DNA from: Bilabrum cf. latius
Lineage: Eukaryota
DNA length: 64,000 nucleotides
Reading direction: 5' to 3'
Assembly (NCBI GenBank): GCA_965178125.1
Contig: OZ237746.1
Location: forward strand, 1,054,001-1,118,000
Under the pieces are notes generated by a model, which was not told the DNA's origin, ran no database searches, and was given only the letters and a program-made list of their open reading frames with translations. A program made the translations under genes and the position numbers. Numbering within the stretch: position 1 is the stretch's first letter; every line of letters begins with the position of its first letter. Shown here piece by piece: positions 57,577-64,000 of this stretch.

Positions 57577-60186
57577 TCACGAGCCGCCGCCGGGCTTGAA
57601 AGGGGACGCATCCGCCCTCAGCTGGAAGCTGCCAGGCCCGGATCCGGTCCCCATCTGCTGCTATGGTCGAGGCTGGAAAGGGGGCGCCTGTGCAGCGGAG
57701 GGAGGGGGCCTCCACGCCGCGGGGGCAGGTGCACCCGCTCCCATGGGCGCGCCTCCTGTGGGTATCCCTGTCCCTGTCCCTATGCCGGCGGTACTGCTGC
57801 TGCCAAACCCGGCAGAGCCCCCTCCCATGGGGGGAGCCATCTGCATGGCCGTGCTTGCGCCCACATTGAAACCAACGCTTGCCCCTCCCATACCCATGCC
57901 TGATCCCATGCCCATGCCACCACCCATTCCCATGCCCATGCCACCACCCATACCCATGCCTGATCCCATGCCCATGCCCCCCATGCCACCCATCCCCATG
58001 CCACCAGCCATCCCCATGCCCATGCCACCCATCCCCATGCCCATACCACCTCCCGCAGCCCCACCCGCTGCCGCCCCCAGCGACACGCCACGCCCCGCCC
58101 CACGCACGCCGATGTCCATCCCGGACCCAGCCCCCGACCCCGCCTACGAGCCCCCGATCTGGAACCCGCCCGCGCCCGCCGCGCGCAGCACCTGCCGATC
58201 CGCCGCCCCGACCCCCACGCCAGCCCCCTCGCCTACCGCACCCGCACCTGCACCCAAGCCAGCCATTGCGCCCATCCCCACGCCCGCCCCCGCCCTGGCC
58301 CACGCCGCCGTGTCCAGCCCAGTGGGCCCCTTCCCCGCCGCGGCCCGCCCCCGCAGCACCCCGAACGACTCCTCCAGCGACTCGCGCACCGTGGCGTAGT
58401 CCGCCGTCAGCATCGACTGCCCGTCCCTGCTGGGCAGCGCCACCGCCTGCCCGTCCCCCAGGTCCAGTCGAGTGAGCGCCTCCACAGCGTGCCCCACGTC
58501 CAGGGCGGGCGCGCCCCCGCTGTCCTGCTGGTGGAAGACGAAATCCCGGAAGAGGGACAGCAGGTGCTTCTCCCCCGCCCTGGACCAGGAGGGGTCTGCC
58601 TGCTGCTCGGGCCGGTCCATCACGAAGCCCATCTTGAGCAGCACCCGCAGCAGCCGCCCGCTCCCGTGTTCCCCCGCCAGCAGTGCCCTCAGCGCGTCCG
58701 CCTCCCGCAGCGCCTCCCCCGCCCTGTCGCTGACCTTGTCCTGCAGCGCCCCCACCACGCTCGAGGCCTCGTAGGCCCCGTTCAGCACGTCCTCCAGAAA
58801 GGTCGCCAGGTCCCGCCGCCCCGTGGACTGCAGCTGCTTGATGGCCGCCGCCTCGGCCCCCACCAGCGTGGACACGGACCCCAGGGACAGCTGCAGCAGC
58901 ACCCTCGCCACCGCCCGCACGTCGCCCGCCTGCCGCTCCGCCAGGGGAACCGACGAGGCGCGGTCGGCCTCGAGCACGTCCATCACCCCGGAGCCGGAGA
59001 GCCGCACGCGGTCCCCCGCCGTGAAGAGCACCTGGGTCGGGGGCACGGCCCCGAAGGCCAGGCCCCTGGCGTGCGCCGCCCGCAGACCGAGGAACAGGTC
59101 CACGGCCCACCGCCACAGCGCGCCCTCGGAGGGGAGGCCGTCCGGGCCGACGGAACCGGCCGTGGGCGCGGCGCCACCCATGGCCGCGTCCGCCGCCGCG
59201 GTGGACGTGCGCTGCGCCACCTGCGCCGGGGTTCCGCTGGCGGCGCCCCGCATCTGCCAGGAGCGGATCCTCTCCGCGGCGGACTCCGCGCACGGGTGGT
59301 AGTCGTGGGCCAGGAAGAGCGCGCCCGCCGTGACGAATGCGGTGCGGAGGCTCACCACGCAGGGGTGCTCCAGCACGGCCCAGGCCCTGGAGGCATCCGC
59401 GGCCCTGGCCTGCGCCACCTTGGCCCCGTCCACGCGGCGGATGGCCAGGACGGCGCCGTCGCTGCGGCGGACGGCCTTGTAGACCCTCGAGACGTAGCCC
59501 GTGCTGCCCGTGGTGAGGTCGCCGTCGGAGAGGTCCAAGGGCAGCACGTGCGTGAACTGAGAGGGCACCGCGTTGCACTCGGGGTCGCTGGCGGGCAGCC
59601 GCCGGGCCAGCGCCGCCTGCTCGGCGTGCAGCTGCGTGGCGACCGTCACGGGGAGCACCGCCGGGCGGAAGGCGAAGCGACGGGGGCCGCGAGCCACCAC
59701 GGGCTGGGAAAGCGCGCGAGACAGCGGGTCAGACGGGCCGGACCTTCGCCTGCCGTCGGTGCCGCCTGGGCCGTCCGCTGTGCCTTCCAGATCCACGCCG
59801 CCCTGCAGCACCGCTCGCAGGCGCGCGGCCGCAGCGTCGTAACGCGGTGCCGCCGGAGCGCCCTGCGTTGCATAGGCTTGATTCTGCGCACTAGAACCAG
59901 CGGCACCGATTCCCATCCCAAACTGCGCGGTGGGCTGCTGCTTCGGTTGAAACGGAGCTGCGTTCGTCGAAAGCCCGAACGTTGGCCGGCTGTCGTCGCT
60001 CGTGGCAGCGCCGGCTGGCTTTTCTTTCTAGGGAGATGGTGTAAACAACCGCACGCCGTTTTCTAGGAACTCGGCGCGGGACATGGCCCTGTGTTCGGCC
60101 GGAGTCTTCGCTCCTGGTGTGGTAGCCGCTCGCAACGCGACGAATGGCGAATGCTGGGATTTCTGAGCACCTGGTGCCCCGGCCAT
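57577..60186 (-). CDS. PAN3: PAN3 (PAN2-PAN3 deadenylase regulatory subunit), ~869 aa; 3 in-frame TAG (60028, 58144, 57661)
   Basis: PAM2 motif LSTNAAPFQP, pseudokinase SRVYKAVRRSDG...HDYHPCAES...LRAAHARGLA, and C-terminal knob GRLLRVLLKMGFVMDRPE...WSRAGEKHLLSLFRDFVFHQ...LTRLDLG...SRDGQSML. Stop TGA at 57577. Confidence 0.92.
57885..58045 (-). repeat. Imperfect coding repeat of GGCATG/GGTATG units encoding Gly-Met (GMGMGG) repeats in the PAN3 C-terminal tail
   Basis: Plus strand shows repeated CCCATGCC/CCCATACC units. Confidence 0.8.
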
Positions 60187-61045
60187 GCTTGGTTAAATTA
60201 TTTTAAGGAGCTGAATTTGAGTGGCTGGGCCAGCCGGGCCCAAATCTGAACGCTGGGGCAAGCAGTGTTCAGCCAAGTAAGTCCCCCCAAACCGCACGGT
60301 ACTCCGGTGCTCTGGCACTCGATCCGACGGTGGGCTGCCATCGGGGCGATAAGCAGGTCATGAGCTCCCTGTTGGGGCCTCTCGCATGCTTGGATACCAA
60401 GCCAGCACGCGGCACCGCCTGCAAAAATACCAGGTCCACCCCAGCTCGCACCGGCACCGCCACCAACAGCACCTGCCCGCCGTGTTCACGCCGCTCCTGC
60501 CGTGGGGCCGCGGCCCGGCGCAGGCGACGAGACGGGAGCGAGCCTGCCAGTGGTACCAGCCCACCTCTGGGGTGGTGGCCGACCTGCGACCAATTCAGCA
60601 CCACGCTAGGCTCGGAGGCCCCTAGGCACCACCCCATGCATGCTGCTCTGTGTGCGTCGGACAGCTGCTTACACGATGCCGGGCCTGGCAGCCCGTCTTC
60701 AAGTCTGCTTCCAGACAGCTTGCCAGCAGGCAAACGATGCGATTGATCCTGGCGCCCTACCCAATCAAGGCCTCTATCTGGCCATGGATCATCTCACTCT
60801 TGTCGGGTCTTCCCCCCCCCCACCTCAACTGCAGCTCAAATACGGCGGCGGGGCACGGCGGGGCACAGCACGTTCATTCACTGCGTTATTTCTTTGCTGT
60901 TCTTGCAGCCGGAGCAGCGGGTGTGCCACCGGCGCCATGGGCGGTGTGCACCGCCGGCAGTGCGAGATGGAGGCGGAGGCGGAGCTGAACCTGCTTCGCG
61001 ACAACAGCCGCTTCTCCTCCGGCCACCGCCAGCATGGTGTGCCTA

Positions 61046-61537
61046 TCAATGACGGAATACCAGAAACTGGGTCGGACCCAGCCCAAAGAAAACAAGAGAC
61101 GCATGCTCGTGAGACACAAATGCCCCAAAGCTGCGTCCGACGCAGCAGTGCCAACCCGCCTGGCCCTCGACGTCGTCTCCTTCTCCCCCACCAGCACTTG
61201 TTGTTGAAGCTTCTGCTCTCGGCGATGCTTTGCTAGCGGCGCCCTCGGCTGCAGCGGCCGCAGCAGCAGCTGCTGCAACTGCGGCAGCCCGTGATGTAGC
61301 CTGCGCGACCCTCTCCGCTTGCTCAAACTGCGACGACAACTCACCCTTGGCAGCTGCATCTAGCATAGATCGTGCAGCCCCGACTGCTGCTGCTAAAACA
61401 CGATCCGGTGCATCACATGCGAAAACTTTCAGTGGCAGCTTGGTCGCTCCGTCCTGGGACTTGCTTTCTTCCGGATCCATCGGTCCGCGATCCGCTCCAG
61501 CATCTAAGATGTCACTTGAATGCTTAGATGCAGCCAT
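61046..61537 (-). CDS. Dynein light chain type 1 (LC8 family) with Ala-rich insertion
   Basis: C-terminal GWHCCVGRSFGAFVSHEHASLVFFGLGPTQFLVFRH matches the LC8 pattern WHCIVGxxFGSYVTHE. Stop TGA. Confidence 0.8.
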   Translation of the reverse strand: MAASKHSSDILDAGADRGPMDPEESKSQDGATKLPLKVFACDAPDRVLAAAVGAARSMLDAAAKGELSSQFEQAERVAQATSRAAAVAAAAAAAAAAEGAASKASPRAEASTTSAGGGEGDDVEGQAGWHCCVGRSFGAFVSHEHASLVFFGLGPTQFLVFRH

Positions 61538-62087
61538 TTCGGGCGACGAACAAGGTCGGTGACGCTGCCAGTCGCTTTGTTCGACCAGATTTCGTCCGTC
61601 AGGTCCGTTGGCCGAAACCGCACGCAACCGCCCGGCCGGCCTAAGCGGGAGCGAGTGGCGGAGCCGCCGCACAACGATGCAGGCACGAAGTTTGCATGTT
61701 CTGTTCCACACTCGAATTACAGTGGTCTGGGGCCAGTGCTGGTCTCGCCCTGCATCTCGATCGCATTCACGCTTGGCCTCGCAAGCTTGCTGGCCCTTGC
61801 AGCAGGGCCAGTGGTGCCGTTCCAGCGCCGCTGCTGCTGAAGCCGCAGCTCCGCATCTGGTAGCCACCGGCCTCCCTCCCTCCTAGTTACAGATTCCTGG
61901 AAGGGCCCTCGTTTCCCAAGCTCCTCCGCACATCCACTCGCCTTTTTTTGCAAGCGGAGCCTGGCTGTACGGGTCCACGAAACCAGATTGCAGCAGTAAC
62001 GAGTGCTTTCGTCTCCGAGCGGTTGATCCGAGATTTGCACGCCCAGACTGCGAAGCCTTGGGCTACCCCTGGCAATACTCCATAGTT

Positions 62088-64000
62088 ATGGAGGCCTACA
62101 CTACCATCAAAGTGCTGGGCCGTGGAAGCTTTGGCTAGGCGGTGCTAGTGGAACGCAAGGATGACAGGGTGAGCGTGCTCAAATCTCGAGTCGAGCCTTG
62201 AACCGCCTTACGCTGCATCATACCGGTTGCATCAGCACACAAGCAGTATCATTTGTGCGGTCAGCTTTGCTCATGAGCTACGCACCGGTCATTCGCCAGG
62301 TTTTATCCCGTTTGGGCCGCCACACGCAGTCGAGGCATGTGATCAAGCAGATTAACGTGACCAGGATGACACCCAAGGAGAAAAGCGAGGTGCGAAACGA
62401 AGTCTCAGTATTGAGCCGATTACGAGTGAGAGACAGGTTGCGCGAAGTATCCTTGCTGGTGCCTGATTGGCGCGTGCTTTCCCGTCGAGCTTCGAAGAAG
62501 CCCCACTGTTCGCATTGCTTGGGCCGCCGTGTGCTGCTTCCGCTGTCGCAGTGCCCCAATATTGTCGGTTATGTGGATAGCTTCATGCACCGCGGGTCGT
62601 TGTGCATCGTGATGGAGTACGCGGACGGCGGCGACCTCGAGAAGATCATCAAGTCCCGCCGCGGCCGCCTCATCTCAGAGTCCAAGATCCTGGACTGGTT
62701 CATCCAGCTGTGCCTCGCGCTCAAGTACGTCCACAACCGTAAGGTGCTGCACCGCGACCTAAAGCCGGCGAACATTATGATGACGAGCAAGGGCATGGTC
62801 AAGCTGGGCGACTTTGGCATCGCCAAGATGCTCGACAGCACCGCCGCGCTGGCCGCCACCGCCACGGGGACCCCTTACTACGTGAGATAAGAGTTGGTTG
62901 TGTGTTTGAACCATTTATTTGGATTGGATGTGGGGGGGGGTTGAGATGGATACAAGAAGGCGATGCAGTGTTTCTGCTCCTGCCCGCGGCCCCTGATGAT
63001 CCGTCTCGCTCGTCCCCCTCTCTCCTCTCCTCTCCTCGCGCGCAGCTGTCCCCGGAGATATGCCGAGAAGCCAAGTACAACAACAAGTCCGACATTTGGT
63101 CCATTGGCTGCATCCTGTACGAGATGTGCACGCTCAAGCACCCCTTCGAGGCCCGCAACATGAAGGGTCTCGTGAGGGCCATCCTGAGAGGGAGGTACGC
63201 GCCCATCGCCTCGGGTTATTCCAAGGGCCTCTCCGAGATCATCGCCTCCTGCCTCAGCCAGGACCCCAGGAGGAGGCCCAGGGTGGACCGCATCCTGCAG
63301 CACCCCCTCCTGCTCAAGCGGATGGAGGCCTACGTGGCGCGGCACGAGGGGGTCAAGGACGAGCTATCCCACACTGCGCTGCACGGGGTGCACTTCAAGC
63401 AGCTGCCCGTGTTTGCCCCGGGGAGGGAGGCACGGAAAGCCATGGAGCGGGCCGCGGCGGAGAAGAAGGACGGGGGCAGGGGGGCGTAGCGCAGCGGGAG
63501 CGGGAGTAGGGCGGGGACAGGGGCGGGCCCTTCCTCCCTGGCTCGGGCACCCGCGGCCGCCCCTGCCCCTGCCCCCGCGCGGGGGCACGGGCACGGCCGA
63601 AGGGCACCCTCGGGCCCGCGAGCGGGGGCTGGGGCAGGGGCCGGGCCAGGGTACGCGCACGCGCGTGCACCATCGAGGGCCGGCGCCGCGGGGGCAGCCG
63701 CCCAGGTGCCGCCTCGCTCCCGGGCTGACCGGGACAGAGACAGGGGCAGGGGCAGGGCGGGGACAGGGGCAGGGGCAGGGGCCGGCGGCTATGCTCGCGC
63801 GCGACCGGGCCCTGGGTCTCGGCCGTCCTCCCGCGGCAGCAGGGGCTCTGCCAGGAGCGGCTCGCGGGACTCGAGGGCGGCGCACGACCGGCTGCGGGAG
63901 CGGGCGCTGGCGCAGGCCGCACGTCTGCGTGAGGCCAACAGGGCGGCGGACGCGAAGGTGAGGGCCGCGGAGGAGGCCAGGAGAGCCGCCGCGGCGAGGC
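62088..64000 (+). CDS. NIMA-related kinase (NEK1/3/5-like), 3' end outside the window; exons 62088-62168, 62330-62425, 62552-62881, 63046->64000; 2 in-frame TAG (62136, 63487)
   Basis: MEAYTTIKVLGRGSFG*AVLV, VIKQI, CIVMEYADGGDL, ILDWFIQLCLALKYVH, LHRDLKPANI, VKLGDFGIAKML, GTPYY|LSPEIC and YNNKSDIWSIGCILYEMCTLKHPF. The frame stays open from 63487 to the window end. Confidence 0.93.

Noticed and set aside
60200-61040. Short ORFs between PAN3 and the dynein light chain
   Set aside because: No recognisable product in any frame under either code.
55100-62140. TAGs removed by tiny introns or acting as splice acceptors
   Set aside because: At RFT1 55108 and NEK 62136 the flanking motifs align with no gap, leaving room for exactly one residue. 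All modelled acceptors are CAG.
781-63489. Internal TAGs as pseudogenisation
   Set aside because: 13 unrelated genes are affected, several of them core eukaryotic genes. There are no frameshifts and no internal TGA/TAA, although CGA and TGG codons are abundant mutation targets, and conserved motifs are intact.
781-63489. Internal TAGs as sequencing or assembly errors
   Set aside because: Errors would give indels in the many G/C homopolymers and all three stop types, not 48 TAG-only events in preserved frames. Checking the raw reads would settle it.
1-64000. tRNA-Gln(CUA), eRF1, transposons or endogenous virophage genes
   Set aside because: I looked for these but recognised none in this window; the decoding machinery is presumably encoded elsewhere.

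Overview
This is a GC-rich, gene-dense nuclear fragment from a flagellated eukaryote (GT-AG introns, radial spoke protein 3, dynein light chain). I model 21 protein-coding genes, two of them cut by the window edges: CDK, CIR1-like, USE1-like SNARE, CLU/CLUH, ADA2, enoyl-CoA hydratase, U1-70K, eIF3L, an NAD-dependent epimerase, RSP3, RPL23A, ATP sulfurylase-APS kinase, a giant PI3K, an LRR protein, RFT1, PAN3, a dynein light chain, a NEK kinase and three hypothetical genes. The main discovery is a non-standard nuclear genetic code. By my manual count, 48 in-frame TAG codons sit inside 13 otherwise intact genes, with no frameshifts and no internal TAA or TGA, while all 19 complete genes end in TGA (16) or TAA (3). 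TAG occupies a conserved Gln column of RFT1 and sits inside CAG (poly-Q) runs, so UAG most likely encodes Gln while UAA and UGA remain stops (translation-table-15 type, with UAA and UAG decoupled). This is why the supplied ORF track is fragmented. Secondary findings: a type II membrane-anchored ATP sulfurylase-APS kinase with a possible degenerate sulfotransferase tail, a ~4270-aa PH-containing class I-like PI3K, and introns confined to gene 5' ends. Family assignments come from motif recognition by eye; no database searches were run.
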